A stretch of 64,000 bases of DNA, from NCBI RefSeq assembly GCF_009914755.1, contig NC_060938.1; one strand, written 5' to 3'. The notes beneath the pieces are model-generated. The model made no database searches. It was not told where the DNA came from and saw only the letters and a list, made by a program, of their open reading frames with translations. Shown here in pieces: positions 31,309 to 47,330 of this stretch. This DNA comes from the human T2T-CHM13v2.0 reference genome, Homo sapiens. The position numbers and the translations under genes are program-made. Position 1 is the stretch's first letter, and every line of letters starts with the position of its first letter.

Positions 31309-32829
31309 TCCTTCCTGTTTTTAATCTTCCTTATTCTCAGATAATGTCTTCAACCAACTTAGATTAAGGTCATGTAAGTGTGGGCTCTTTTAATTTCTGA
31401 CTACCCTCAATTTTCAAGCTTTCTAAATGCAGCTTTCCTTTTCAGAGGTTGAGATGTTTCCAGTCATTATTCCCTTAACTTTAGTAGTTATTCATCATGT
31501 CTTGTTGCTTTTTCTAAGTTTCCTGTTTTAGGCTTGCTAATGACTTCTTTCCTCTGCCTTACATATGTTCTCAAACCTGAAGAGCAGTCACAACAGATGT
31601 TGTGACTCCTGTTACTGTACTGCTGTGACATCACCCTCCCTTACTACTCAGATGGGCTTTTAGAAGTCAAGGCTCCAGTAACATCCCTGATTCTTGGTTT
31701 CTCATATGCTCTTTAGCTCATTGCATTATTGCTTTTGCCTCTTCTCTATTGAAATTATCTTGGCAGTTATTGCCAATAATGTCCTTATTGCCAAATTCAA
31801 TTCACAAATTTCAGCCATTATCTTCTTACTGGAGACATGAGTTGGTTTTCTTGCTTTTTTTTTTTTTTTTTTTAACTTGGCCATCATGAAAGCTCTCTTA
31901 CTTTTCTGACTACCCTTTTCTGACTTTCTTTACAAAATTCTTAAAAATGGGTCTTTTCCATGATTCTGTCATGGATCCATTTTTGTTTTACCCCAAATAT
32001 GCTGCTTGGGAGAGAATATCTACAAGCCAAGCACTGATCATCCCCTTGAATTCTGGGTTTTCATCCATTTGTTGCTTGGCCTCCTTCACGTATGCTCCAC
32101 AAATACTTCAGATTCAACATATCTAAGTTCTTCATTCATTTCTCCACCTGATCTCACCAGCGTGGATGCTCACCTTCACACCAAGTAAAGATTAACTACT
32201 GTCATCATTCCTGTTATCATGGTTATCAGCATCTTCACATGATATTACTTATATTTCTGAAATCCCTTAGAATACAGGCATACCACAACGACTTTTATAA
32301 CAGTACACCAGGTTAATGTATTTATTTCCATCTCTTAAGCAAACCTTATATAATTCTCTAAGGTTAGTATCATTATTCTAATCCCCTTCCAAAACAAGAC
32401 TGTACATGGTTTGATGGAAGGACTATCACTAACATATTATTATATCTCCGCTTCTTTGCAGTGCCTGCATTTAGTGAGTTTACTAAATGTTACTAATTAA
32501 AACAAGTAAAGCTATAACTGCAACAAGCTTCAGATTTTAGCCTAATTGGGAAAAAGCCTTCTGTTTTGTTTCTTATTTTTCTTATTTCCTTCTTTATCAT
32601 CCCTTACTCACTTGGTTATTTCATCCTTCCCCATGGTTGTAAATACATCTAGCACACACTACTCCCAATTTTTTTTTTATCTCTTGGCTGGGTCAATGTC
32701 CTGAAATCCAGTTTTGGCAACCCTACCCCGCCTTTTCTTCAGGAGAAATTTTCTGAACTCCTCTGTTTCTCTCTCCTCTTCTATTCAGTTCACTAATAAA
32801 TGGTGGCTTTCCTCCAGAACGTATGCATA

Positions 32830-33360
32830 TTCTGACCAGCATTTCCCATTTTTCCGTCCCCAAGCACTGTACTCCAGTCAACCAGCTGCCATCCACTGTA
32901 TTGTTGTAAATGCCTTCCATCTCCCCCTGGCTTGAACTTCTAGCTGTGTTCTACCCTTAGCCCCCAGTAGTCTTTCCTCAACACAACAGATGGAGTAATG
33001 ATCCCTTTAAAAATGAGTTCAGATTACATTACTCCTTACTTCAAAGTTTCCAGTAGCTTTCCATCTATCCCAGGGTAAAACTCAATGGTAAAATGGTTTG
33101 GAGGTCCCCAGATGATTGCCACCCCATTACCTCTTTGACTTACTCTTCTATGACTGTGTTATTTGGTGACGCTCCTCTTGCCACAGTACTTCTTTGTTTC
33201 TCTCCTACCACATCAGGTATGTTTCTACCTTAAGGACATTTCCCCTGTAGCTCTCTCTACCCTGGAATACCACTCTCCATGGTATCCTCACCATTTGTGT
33301 TTTCACCTTCTTCAGACCTTTACTTTTTAGTGAGGTCATCAATGATTTAAAATCACAGAC
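32830..33360 (+). mobile_element. L2 3' region (tail resumes ~34010-34135)
   Basis: cagattacattactccttacttcaaa...ccagtagctttccatc; later catttattgaatga. Confidence 0.5.
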
Positions 33361-33368
33361 AATCCTGA

Positions 33369-33695
33369 CGTTATAGACTGAATTTTGTCCCCCACCTCAA
33401 CTTTATACATTGAAACCTAATTCTCAATTTGATGTTACTTGGAGAGGGGGTGTTTTTGAGGTAATTCATGTCCTTATAAAAGAGGCCCAAGAGACTTTTC
33501 CTTTCTGCTCCTGTAATGTGAGAACACAGCAAAAAGCCTCCTCTAAATTAGGAAGCAGGCCCTCACAAGATACTGAATCTGCTGGCACCTTGATCCTGGA
33601 CTTCCAGGCTCTAGAACAGTAATAAATAAATTTATGTTGTTTATAAACCACCTGGCCTATAGTATTCTGTTACAGCAGTGCAAACAAACTAAGAA
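33369..33695 (+). mobile_element. MLT1A-like MaLR LTR
   Basis: ttatagactgaattttgtcccc...tctgctggcaccttgatcctggacttcc...aaactaaga. Confidence 0.75.
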
Positions 33696-33699
33696 ACCC

Positions 33700-33952
33700 T
33701 TTTTATTGAGGGTTTGATCTCGGCTCACTGCAACCTCCACCTCCCGGGTTTAAGTGATTCTGGTGCCTCAGCCTCCTGAGTAGCTGGGACTAAAGGCATG
33801 CACCACTACACCTGGCTAATTTTTGTATTTTTAGTAGAAATGGGGTTTTACCACATTGGTCAATCTGGTCTCAAACTCCTGATCTCAAGTGATCCATCAG
33901 CCTTGGCCTCCCAAAGTGCTGGGATTACAGGTGTGAACCACCGCACCTAGCT
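33700..33952 (-). mobile_element. AluS with deletion near the 3' end
   Basis: gatctcggctcactgcaacc...ccaccgcacctagc. Confidence 0.92.
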
Positions 33953-35675
33953 CCTATTGTTATTATACATTTATTTTATGTTTTATTTTCCCCCATCCCA
34001 TCCACACATACTCTCACTAGAATACAAGTTCTGTAGAGGAAGTGATTTTTTATCTGATTTTTTTTTTTACTGTTACATGATCAGTACCCAAGTACCCAGT
34101 ACAAGGCAGGCAACCATAAGCATTTATTGAATGATGACATCTGTATACATTTCTATTATTTACAATATTTTAATGTCTGCAATGTGGAATGGCTTTTTGA
34201 ATGATATGGCTGATAACTTGAATGAAAATTAATGAAAGAAGGAGAAAAAAAAAAACTTTTCTATTGAGAAATACCCGAAGAGCCATAGGTTATCGTAGTA
34301 ATCCAACTTTGTTCTGCTCTTCCAGAATTTTGGTTTGTTTTTTTGTATTGTTTTGCATGTGTTTTATCTTTGTTTGCCTTTGTTCTTTATTAGAAGCAGC
34401 AGATAGTGTTCTCTGCAATTAATAGCTCTACTTTGGGTCAGAGAAAGAAAGCACTCAAATCCTTAAACCTTCCCTAGACATGCTAGAGCTGAGAAGTAAA
34501 CAAATGTGCTTGTTAGCTACAGCTATCACAAATAATTGGCTTTCCGAAAACAAGAAAATACAGAAAAGTTAAGAGGAAGTGAATAAATGTATTCATGTAT
34601 ATATTTTTTCTAATCTGGACAAAAATTTAAGGTTGAATTCACAGCCAACAGTAATAAAAATATGTTAATTCCTGAGATTTGAGGATTGTTACTGGTGATA
34701 TTCTGAGACGTTATTGTTTTCTGTAGGCTATACTTTCATTTTTGCAAATGTTTATGCAGATGGATTGTTTCTGAGATCTGGTTCCAAAGCTTACATTAAA
34801 TATTTTGTAAATATTACATGTAAATGATGATGGTAGTAACACCTGATTAAGAATAAGCCAAATACCGTGACGTTTCCTATTTTGCGGAAAGATTAAATTA
34901 TGATTACTCAAAGAAAAGTGAACTTTAACTAGTTTCTCCATGGATTGTCAACTTTGTAGCGTAATTATGAGTATTTATGTGTCATCACCTATCTTTTGTG
35001 ACTCAACCAATGCAATCTAGTTTAACTAGTCTTGATATCTCTGTCATGCTTTTACTTATTGGAAGATATGCTTGTAAGTACTAGATCTAAAGTTTGTGAA
35101 AGAGATGAACAAGGTTAGTCCTCAGCTCATCTTTCTGTGGCAAATAGGCTATATTAAAAATATAAATTCCAGTCCATGAAGCCAGTTATCCAACATATTG
35201 AACAATACTTCCTGGTCTTGAGTGAGTTTGATGTTTTACTGTGAGTTCTCAACCTGCCCTGGGGACATGAAAGATAATCTCATTTTTCCCTAAAATCTTT
35301 TTGCATCCCAGGATAGTGCAAATTCTCAGTGGCCTAAAATAGCACAAAGACACCTTCAGCCCTTGGCTATTTGTCTGCCTCAATTACCGCAAAGCCTGCT
35401 GTCCCTGTGTTGCCTGGGGCCTGCTAGCTTTACTGTTTCTGTGTCCCACATAGAGCCCAAGAATCATTGACAAGCTTAGATTTAAGTAATATTTCTCTTG
35501 ATGTTATTCCCTCCCAGGGCAAAGTCAGGGAAGTGGGACAGAAAGTAACAGACCTTTCTTGATTAGGAAACTCCTTCTTTCTCTTAAGAATGTTTCTGCT
35601 TCTCTGGTCCTTACAGGACATTCAGCATAATCTCCTCAGTGCCTTGAGGTTTTGAAAAAAAAATAGTGGCCTTAA

Positions 35676-35976
<301 letters not shown>

Positions 35977-36252
35977 GAGAATTTTCTCATGGGCAATTTC
36001 TGCTTTTTTCCTTGTTACAAGCTTCCTCTTGGCAAGAAAATCCACAAAAATAGTTTTCCCTGCTTGGATGAGACACATATAGGAAAATAAAGAAAGAAAA
36101 TATATATGTAAACACCTTTAAAAAGTTACTGCACCAGATTTAATTATATTTGGGGTTTAGATTACCTTAACAATGAAAAAAGCACTACTGAATGAAGTAA
36201 ATGTTTTAGACTTTCATCAAAAATAATTGAAGATACTAAAGCTAGTTATACT

Positions 36253-36473
36253 TATTTTATTTTAGATACAGGGTCGGCCTCTGTCACCCAGGCTGGAGTG
36301 CAGTGGCACAATTACTGCTGACTGCAGCCCTGACTTCCTGGGCTCAAGAGATCCTCCAACCTCACCTCCCCTCCCACCCCAAGTAGCTAGGACTACAAGT
36401 GTGTGCCACCAATTCTGACTATTTTTTTTTTTCTAGAGATGGGATTTTGCTATGTTGTCCAGGCTGGTCTCAA
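36253..36473 (-). mobile_element. Partial AluJ
   Basis: gatacagggtc...ctgggctcaagagatcctcc...caggctggtctcaaa, then ends abruptly. Confidence 0.85.
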
Positions 36474-36502
36474 ATTAGATATTATCAAGAAGAGGAAATC
36501 AT

Positions 36503-36851
36503 TTGTATTAGGATTCTCCAGGGAAACAGAATAGGAGACACACATAGATATACAGATATAGATGTTGCAAATTGGTGGATTTATTTTAAGGTATAGTATC
36601 AAGAGGCTGAGAATCTCCAGGACCTGCAGTTGGCCAACTAAATACGTAGGGAAGCTAATGGTATACTTCCAGTACAAAACCTGGCAGGCTTGAGAAGAGC
36701 CAATGTTTCTTTTAGTGTGAATGCAAGAAAGGACTATCATCCCAGCTCAAAGCAGAAAGGCAGGAACAGTTCACTGTTACTCATGGGAGGGTCAACATTT
36801 TTGTTCTATTCAGGCCTTCAACTGATTGGATGTGGCCCACCCACATTAGGA
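36503..36851 (-). mobile_element. MLT2 (ERVL) LTR fragment
   Basis: tgtattaggattctccagggaaacagaa...ctgattggatgtggcccacccacatt. Confidence 0.7.
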
Positions 36852-38099
36852 GTAAAGATAGTACATGTATTACTTTCTTCAGTTTTCCTCTCTCACTGCC
36901 ACTTAATAAATGTTTATATGTTCCCTCAAACTTCTATATTTGAAAGTACTGTGTTCAGGTTATGATGTCAATGAGCAGTAAAATCTATGGCACATAGTGT
37001 TAAGTGAGGAAGAAAGAAATTAATCATAGTGGCTTAACTTAACGTACAACAGTAATGGTGAAAAAAGCTATAAGGAAAAATGTGTTGTGCTTTGAATGGA
37101 GTTGTGATAAAAGGCTAAAATACATTCTCAGACAGTTAGGTTTGGTGTCACATGTATTAGGCAGTTGGAATCAAAGAGATAGGTAAAGTCCTTGAGCTGA
37201 GGTAGGAAGCTTCCAACATTAGGACCTGAAAATGAGTCAGTGAAGACAGAAGGCAATGGAGGGAGAAGAGACGAGCTCGAAAAGAGTAAGGAGGCTCAAA
37301 CTATCTAGAGATCTGAAGAACAATAATTGTCAATGTACTCTAAGATGAATAATATGGAAATATTGTTTTATTCAGTGCCATAGGGTTGAGATTTACTCAG
37401 ATTTGTAAAATGTCCATATTGGACTTCATAGAATATTTTCAGTGTGGAGATAATACTTGAAAGTGTTCCAAAGGACCATACTAATGTCAGCTGTTCTTAA
37501 CAATTATAAATGTTCTAAAGTATAAACCAATGCATTTTACAGTAGACTATTGCCATACTTCTATATATTTAAATAAAAACTAAATGATCATCCATTTGGA
37601 ATGTCTTTTGGGTTGTTTTGCTTGGGAGAAAGTTTAAAACTCTACGAACATTTTCAGTGTTGGACTCTCATTCTTCTTAGAGACATCCTGAGAACAATCT
37701 CGCCAAAAAGAATCTGGCAGGGATGCAGAGACAAATTTAGATTATTGAGGACTGAAACTCTGGTAAAAAGGAAGAGAAATCTGAGTTGAAGCTTTTGACA
37801 GAATTTTCCTGCAAGACGTTTTTCTACATTGGAATCTTCAGAGGTCAAAATTAAAAAGCACATGAAAAATCTTTTAAAAATAAAAGTTTCACAGTATTAA
37901 TATTCTGAGGAGACAATGATTAGTGTTCAGGACATGCCAGTGTCAGGATCCTCTGTGAATAATACCACAGGTTCTCACCTACAATTCTGTAAGCAAGGAG
38001 ACTTAGAGTTGAAAGAACACTGCTAAATCTACAACCCAGCCTCAATTCAGTTTAGCTCCTGATTGAATTAAAATGACCAGCTCCACTGTACTTTCCTGG

Positions 38100-41000
38100 T
38101 AAAAGAAAGAAAGAAGAGTAGACCACAAAACAACCAGAAAACAAATAAAAAAAATGTCAGGAGGGAGTCCTTACCATCAATAATATTATTGTATGTAAAT
38201 GAACTAAACTTTCTAATCAAAAGATACAGAAAAGCTGAATGGATAAAGAACAAGACCCAACAACAATGTATTGCCTACAAGAAACACATTTCACCTATTA
38301 AGATACAGGTAGATTGATAATAAAGGGATGGAAAAAGATATTCTATGCAAATGGAAACTAAAAAAGATGAAGGGTAACTATACTTATTTCAGACCAAATA
38401 GATTTCAAGGCACAAACTTTAACAAGAGACAAAGAAGGTCATTATATAATGATAAAGATGTCAGTTTACCAAGAGAATATATTAATACCAGCTTTATATA
38501 TACATGCCTCCAACATTGGAGCACTCAGATATATAAAAAATATTATTAGAGGTAAAGAGAGAGCTAGACTCCAATACAATAATAATAGGTGGAGATTTCA
38601 ATACCCCGCTTTTAGCATTGGACAGATCATCCAGGCAGAAAGTCAAGAAAAAAACATCGGACTTAATCTGCACTGCAGAATAAATGGACCTAATAGATAT
38701 TTACAGAAAATTTTATCTGATGGCTACAGAATACATATTAATCTCCTTAGCACATGGCTCATTCTCAAGGATAGACAATATGTTAGGTCACAAAACAAGT
38801 CTTAAAAAATGCCCCTCCCAAAATTAAAATTATATCAAATGTCTTCTCTGACCACAATAGAATAAAACTAGAAATCAATCAAAACAGGAATCTTGAAAAC
38901 TATATAAACAAATGGAAATTAAACAATTTGCTCCTTAATGACCAGTGACTCAATGAAGACATTAAGAAGGAAATTGAAAAATTTATTAAAACATATGAAA
39001 ACAGAAACACAACATTCCAAAACCTGTGGGATACAATGAAAGAAGTAATGAGAGGAAAGTTTATAGCAGCAAGAAAAGTGAAAAAATGTTTTTCTATGTC
39101 AGAAAAGTGAAAAAACTTCAAATAAACAACCTAAGGACCTAGAAAAGCAAGCACAAACCAAATCCAAGATTTTTAGAAGGGAATAATAAAGGTTAGGGCA
39201 GAAATAAATGAAATTAAAACAGGAAAACTCATATAAAAGATTAACAAAACAAAAAATTGATTTTTTGAAAAGTTAAAGAAAATTGACAAGTGTTTAGCCA
39301 GACTAAGAAACAAAGAGAGAAGACCCCAATAAATAAAATCAGAGATGAAAAAGGAGACATTACAACTGCTACCACGGGAATTGAAAAGACTATTTGAGGC
39401 TACTATGAGCAATTATATGTCAATAAATTAGAAAAACCTAGAAAAAAAAAACAGATAAATTTCTAGGCACGTATAACTTTCAAGATTGAATTGTGAAGAA
39501 ACCCAAAACCTGAATGGACAGATAACAAGTAGCAAGATTGAAACTGTAATAAATGCTCTCCTAGCAAAGAAAAGTTCAGGACCTGATGGTTTCTCTGTTG
39601 AATATCAAACAGGTAAATAAATAACAGCAAACCTACTCAAACTACTCCAAAAAATGGAGAAAAAAGGAATACATCCAAAATAATCATATTAGACCACTAT
39701 TACCCTGATACCAAAATCAGAAAAAAACACATCACCAAAAAAAAGAAAAGAAAACTACAGGCCAATATCCCTGATGAACATTAATGCATACATTCTTAAT
39801 AAAATACTAGCAAACTGAATTCAGCCACACATTAAAAAGATGATTCATTACAACCAAATAGGATTTATCCCAGGCATGCAAGGATGGTTTAACATATGCA
39901 AATCAATTAATGTGATGCATCATAACAACATAATGAAAGATAAAAGCTATATGATCATTTCAATTGATGCTGAAAAAACATCTGATAAAATTCAACATTT
40001 CTTCATGATAAAAATCCTCAAGTAACTGAATATAGAAGGAACATAGCTCAACACAATAAAAATGATATACAACAGACCCACAGCTAGTATTATACTGAAT
40101 GGGGAAAAACTGAAAGTCTTTCCTCTAGGATCTGGAAGAAGACAAGGATGTCCACTGTCACCACTGTTATTCAACATAGTACTGCAAGTCCTAGCTAGAT
40201 CCATCAGGCAAAAGGAAAACAAAGGGCACCCAAATTGGAAAGAAAGAAGTTAAATTATCATTTATTTGCAGATGTTATCTTATGTTTGGAAAAACCTAAA
40301 GGCTACATCAAAAAAGTATTAGAATTGGTAAACAAATTCAGTAAAGTTTCAGATACAAAATCAACATACAAAAATTAGTAGCATTTCTATACGCCAGCAA
40401 CAAAGAATCTTAAAAAGAAATCAAGAAAGTAATTTCATTTATAGCAATTACAAATAAAATTAAATATCTAGGAATTAACTAAAGAAATGAAATATCTCTA
40501 CAATGAAAACTATAAAATATTAATGCAAGAAATTGAAGAGGACAGAAAATGGAAAAATATTCCATCTTCATGGATTAGAAGAATAAATGTTGTTAAAATG
40601 TCTATATTACCCAAAGCAACCTACAGATTTAATATAATCCCTATTAAAACACCAGTGACATTCTTCGCAGAAATAGAAAAAACAATCCTAAAATTTATGT
40701 AGAACTACAAAAGACCCAGAATAGTCAAAGCTACCCTAAGCAAAAGGTATAAAATTGGAAGGATCACATTACCTGACTTCAGATTACACTACAGAGCTAC
40801 AGTAACCAAAATAACATGGTACTGGCATAAAAGGAGACAATAAAACAGAATAGAAAATCTAGAAACAATCCATACATCTGCAGTGAATTCATTTTTTAAA
40901 AAGTTGCCAAGAACATGCATTGGGGAAAGGACAATGTCTTCAATACATGGTGCTGGGAAAACTGGATATCCATATGCAGATCAATGAAACCATATGCAAC

Positions 41001-42336
41001 AATCAAATCAAAATGGATTGAAGACTTAAATCTGAGACCTCAAACTATGAAATTCCTATGAGAAAATATTGGGACACCCTTCAGGACATTGGTCTTTGCA
41101 AATATTTCTTGAGTAATACCTTATAAGCACAGGCAACCAAAGCAAAGATGGACAAATAAGATCACATCAAGTTAAAAAGCTGAACAGGAAAGAAAAAAAA
41201 ACAGAAAAGTGAAGATACAGTCCACAGAATGGAAGAATATATTTTCAAACTATCTGTCTGATAAGTAATTAATAACCAGAATATATAAGGAGCTCAAACA
41301 ACTCAGTAGGAAAAAAATCTTTCCTGCTGATTAAAAATGGGCAAAAGATATGAATAGACAATTATCAAAAGAAGACACACAAATGGCAAACAGGTATATA
41401 GAAAAGTTCTCAATGTGATTGATCATCAGAGAAATGCAGATCAAAACTACAATGAGAAATCATCTCACCCCAGTTAAAATGACTTTTGTCCAAAGACATG
41501 CAATAACAAATGCTGGCAAGGATGTGGAGAAAAGGGACCCCTCCATCCCCATACACTGTTGGTTGAAATGTAAATTAGTACAACCACTATGGAGAACAGT
41601 TTGTAGGTTCTTCAAAAAAATTAAAAATAGAGCTGCCATACAATCTAGCAACCCCACTTCTAGATATATACCCAAAGGAAAGGAAATTGGTGTATCAAAG
41701 AGATAGGTATCTGCACTTCCTCTCATGTTTGCAGCACTATTCAAATAGCTGATATTTGGAAGGAACCTAAGTATCCATAAACAGACCAATGGATAGAGAA
41801 AAAGTAATACGTGTACACAATGGAATGATATTATTCAACCATATAAGAGAACGAGATCCTGTCATTCATAACAACACCATGGAACTGGATGTCATTATGT
41901 GTAGTGACATAAGCAAGACATCAAGAAAAATTACATATGTTATCACTTATTTGTGGGAGCTAAAAATTAAAACAATTGAACTCATGGAAATAGAGAGCAG
42001 AATAATGGTTACTAGAGACTGAAAAAGTAGTGGGGCGAGGGTGGTGAGGGAAATAAGAATGGTTAATGGATACAAAAGTATAGTTGAATAGAATGAAGAA
42101 GATCTGGTATTTGATAGCCCAATGGGTGACTACAGTAAACAATAATTTATTGTACATTTACAAATCACTAAAGGAATATAATTAGTTGTTTGTAATACAG
42201 AGAAAGGATAAATGCTTGAGGTGATAGATACCCATTTACCCTGATATGATTATTATGTATTGTATGCCTATATCAAAAATGTCATGTGTCCCATAAATTT
42301 ATCCACATATTATGTACATATAAAAATAAAAAAAAA
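38100..42336 (+). mobile_element. L1MA (MA1-MA3-like), degraded ORF2 plus 3'UTR
   Basis: ORF2 remnants ([33 protein letters not shown]); 3' end gataaatgcttgaggtgat...aaataaaaaaaa. Confidence 0.9.
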
Positions 42337-42826
42337 GTGATACCTACTGTTTCATTCTGGATATTGGTAATTTGCATCGTCTCTCTTTTTTCTTTGTCAT
42401 TCGTGCTAGATATTTGGCAATTTAATTGATCTTTTAAAGGAACTGGCTTATTGATTTGTTGATATTCTTCAGTAATTTTTAAAGTTTTGTTTTAGATTTC
42501 ATTGATTTCTTCTCATGGATTTTTGTTCCTTTTCTGCTGCTTGCTTTGGTTCTATTTTGCTCTCATTTTTCTACGTTCTTAAGATGAGAGCTTAGATTGT
42601 TAATTTACTGCTAGAAATTTTCCTCAACACTACTTTAGCTTTTTCTCATATATTTGACATATTGCATTTATATTTTCATTAAGCTCTTTCTACTTTTTAA
42701 ATTATTATTTTCTTTGAGTCTTTCTCTTTGACGCATTGATTAGTTTCCAAGTGTTTAAATATTTTCCTGCTATCTTTCTGTAATTATTTTCAGTTTGGTG
42801 TTGCTGAATTCTTCTATATCTTTGAT

Positions 42827-43459
42827 TTATAGTTGGAAATTGTATTTTATTATTTTAAAGATTTTACTTTTCCTTTCTGTTTTTCATTATTTCTATTAGA
42901 AATTCAGTCATCATAATTCTAATTCCAGGAAGATGGATAAGATATAGTTTTCCCTATTTCTCCTGCAATGAACACAAATAACCTTGACATTATATGTAAA
43001 ATAAACATAAGATTCTGAAATTTGAACAGAGGACAGCAAGATGGCTAGGCACCGAAGAACCCACGAAACAAGGAATAACAGGACGCTGAGTTTTCTGGAG
43101 TTTCATTTATCCTACATATCCTTGACTTGGATCAAAAGAATTTGACAATATGAACATGCCAATAGGCACAGATTTTTTAAAATCTCAAAAAGCATGCTTT
43201 CCCTAGACAAGTAACAGGAAAAAAAAAAAAAGAATTCTAGCAAGACCGAAAACTTATAGATAAAAGCCACCCCGCTACAGCCATGTGCTACACAAAAATC
43301 TGTGGCTCACCTTCCTTCATGCCAACAAAAGCTGAGTGAGGAGCCTAGACTTCTATCCCTGCAGTCTGTAAAAAAGATTTCCGTTACCACCATCGGGGTG
43401 AGGACAAAGAAGTCAGGTGGGGAGCCAACACTTTTGCCTCTGCCCAGTGGTAATGAGGT
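42827..43459 (+). repeat. Left arm of inverted duplication
   Basis: Reverse complement of 45706-46659 minus the AluY; aligned by eye. Confidence 0.95.
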
Positions 43460-43917
43460 AAAGTTTTTTTTCTGTCTTGTTACTGTATAAATGGTTGGGG
43501 GAAGGGTGTTGAAATCTCCAGCTGTGACTGTAGAGTTGTCTATTTCCCCCTTAAGTTCTGTTATACTCTGTTCTGCATGGTTTGCATCTCTGTTGTTTGG
43601 CACATGCTCATTTAGGATTGTTGTTTTCTCAGGGGATTGAACATTTTTTTTGGCATTATATAATGCTCATCTTTGTGTCTGATAACTTTTTTGTTCTGAA
43701 ATTTAACTTGTTAAATATTACTGTGGCCACTCCTGCTGTACTGTATTACTGCCTATATCATTGTGTTTGAAATGAGTTTCTTATAAACAGCATATAGTTG
43801 ATTCACATTTGTTAATACACCTTGCCAAGTTTTGTCTTTTAATTGCTGGCTTTGGATCATTTAAGGAAATTACTGTTATGTTCTTAAATATACTATTGTC
43901 TTTTTTATGTGCAGAAA

Positions 43918-44165
43918 CCTTTATTTTTGTTGGTACACAGTACCCACATATATATATATATGGGGTACATGTGATGCTTTAGTACAAACATACAATGAAT
44001 AATAATTCACATCATGGAAAATGGAGTAGCTATTCCCTCAAGCTAAGAATCTCATTTTAATTTGATTACTTCTATAAAGACGTATCTCCAAACAATGTCA
44101 CATTTTGCGGTACTGAGGATTATAACTCCACATACACTTTCTGGGAACACAATTCAACCTACAGT
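43918..44165 (-). mobile_element. L1MA 3'-tip fragment abutting an MLT1 fragment
   Basis: ggggtacatgtgat...ccctcaagc followed by ccaaacaatgtcacatt...gggaacacaattcaacc. Confidence 0.55.
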
Positions 44166-45705
44166 ACTTCATATAGTTTTTTTAGTGGTTGTTCTAATTA
44201 TTACATTATACATACGCAACTCATCACCATCTATGAGTGTCATTATTTTTACAGTTCATGTAAATTATAGATATCTCACTTTACATCCCTTTACTACCTG
44301 ACTCAATTTATAGTGTAATTGTTTTCACCGTTTCCTCTACAAAAATGTAGAAATGTATCAGACAGTGTCAAACATTTTGTGTCAAACCTCAAGCATAATT
44401 TAGAAAAATAAAGAGGAGGAGGAAAATCTATTTTATTTACCCATAGTTTTTTGCTTACACGGTTTTTTTTTTTTTCTGGATATTCCAAATTTCTTTTATT
44501 ATTTCCTTTGTGTTTAGAGAACTTTCTATAGTCATTCTTTATGAGAAAGTCTGCTGGTGACAAATTCTCTTAGTGTTTCTTCTTTTATGAATGCCATGTT
44601 TTGCCCTTTATACCTGAAGGACATTCTCACAGGACATAAGATCATGGATTGACAAAAAGTCTTTTTGGTCATTTAAAAAAGCTGTGCCACTTCTTTCTGG
44701 CCTACAAGGTTTCCGATGAAAAATCAATGCTTTTTAAAATCACTCTTCTCTTACAAGTGAAGTGTCATTGTTCTTTTTCTGGTTTCAAGGTGATTTTTTT
44801 GCCTTTAGTTTTTAGATAGTTGACTATGATCTTGATAGATCTTTTGGTGGATTACCCTGTTGGTGATTTGCTTAGTTTCCTAACTCTGTAGGTTTATGTC
44901 TTTTGCCAAATCTGGGATGTTTTCCGTCATTATTTCTTTGAGTACCTTTTTACCCCCACTGTATTTGCCCTCTTCTCCTGGATATCCGATGTCTCAAATG
45001 TTAGATGTTTTGTAATAGTCTTACAGGTACCCGAGGCTCTGTTTATTCTATTTTATCAAAGTATTTTCTTCCTGTTGCTCAGATTGAGCAATTTCTATCA
45101 TTTTCTCTTCAAGTTCACAGTTACAGAGCTTTTTATTTAAAAAAAATCAATTTATTTGTTTCTTTTTTGTATCTTCTTTGCTGATAATTTCTATTTTGTC
45201 ATCTGTTTCAAGAATGTTTATAACTGCTCATTGAGGCATGCTTATGATGGTTGCTTTAAAATCTTTCTCAGATAGTTTTAACACCTCTGTCATCACAGTG
45301 TCCAAAAATATGAATTATCTTTTTCGCTTCCAGTCTGACATCTTCCTCGTTCTTTATCTGAGAAGGGGTTTTTAATAAAAATAAAAACATTTTTGGTATT
45401 ATATTGTGTGACTTTGGATCATATTAAGCCTTAGGTCATAGCTGGATTTTTCTGATACTACGCTGGCAGAGAAAGAGGGAGCACCACCTTTTTACTCCTA
45501 TGTACAGGTAGAAATTTAGGTTCTTCACTCAGCCTCTGTTGGCAGTTGGGAGTGGTGAAACTTCTTGTATCCACTGGTTGAGAACAGAATTCACGGCTTC
45601 CCCTCGGTCCCACTGATATCTCCCTCCCTGTGATGGTTAAGGATGCTTTGTCACTTCCTCCCACATGGTCCACTTGATACTCCAATAGAAGTGAGGAGGT
45701 GTTTG

Positions 45706-46659
<954 letters not shown>

Positions 46660-46879
46660 GTCTATATTCAAAGAAAATACACTTTAAATAAACAGGTGAA
46701 ATAAAGCTATTCACAGATAAACAACACTATAGTATTTACCACCTATAGTCCCATGATAAAATAATAATAATAATAATAGGAGTTCTTAAGATTTCAAGAT
46801 AATAATTATAGGCAGGAAATACAAGTTGATGGCAATGTTCTACTTCAGGGTTGCTGGTTTCATAACATATTTAATAAAA

Positions 46880-47330
46880 ACTATTTGAATGGCCAACATA
46901 TTCTTAGAACAAATAAGTAACTATAGCAAGATTGTAGGCTACAAAATTAATTCACAAGGGTCAATCATGTATTCATATGTCTGAAATAAAAAACTAGAAT
47001 TTGATACTAAAAACACAATGCCATTTATATTAGCACCTTTCAAAATGAAATACTTATGTATAAGTCCATCAAAATACGTGCAAAAAGTATATAAAGACAA
47101 CCACAAAGCTCTCATAAATCAAAGAACTAAACTAATTGAGAAATAATCCATGTTTATTGATAGAGACTAAAAATTGTCAAAGAAATCATAAATGTTTGAA
47201 GTGATGGATATTCTAATTAACCTGATTTGCTCATTACATGTTTTATGCATATATCAAGATATCTCATGTGTCCCATAAACATGTACAATTATTATGAATC
47301 AATTAAAATATTTATTACACATGAAATTAA
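46880..47330 (+). mobile_element. L1M ORF2 fragment plus L1MA 3' tip
   Basis: aactatagcaagattgtaggctacaaa...; aatgtttgaagtgatggata...cccataaacatgtacaattatt. Confidence 0.55.
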
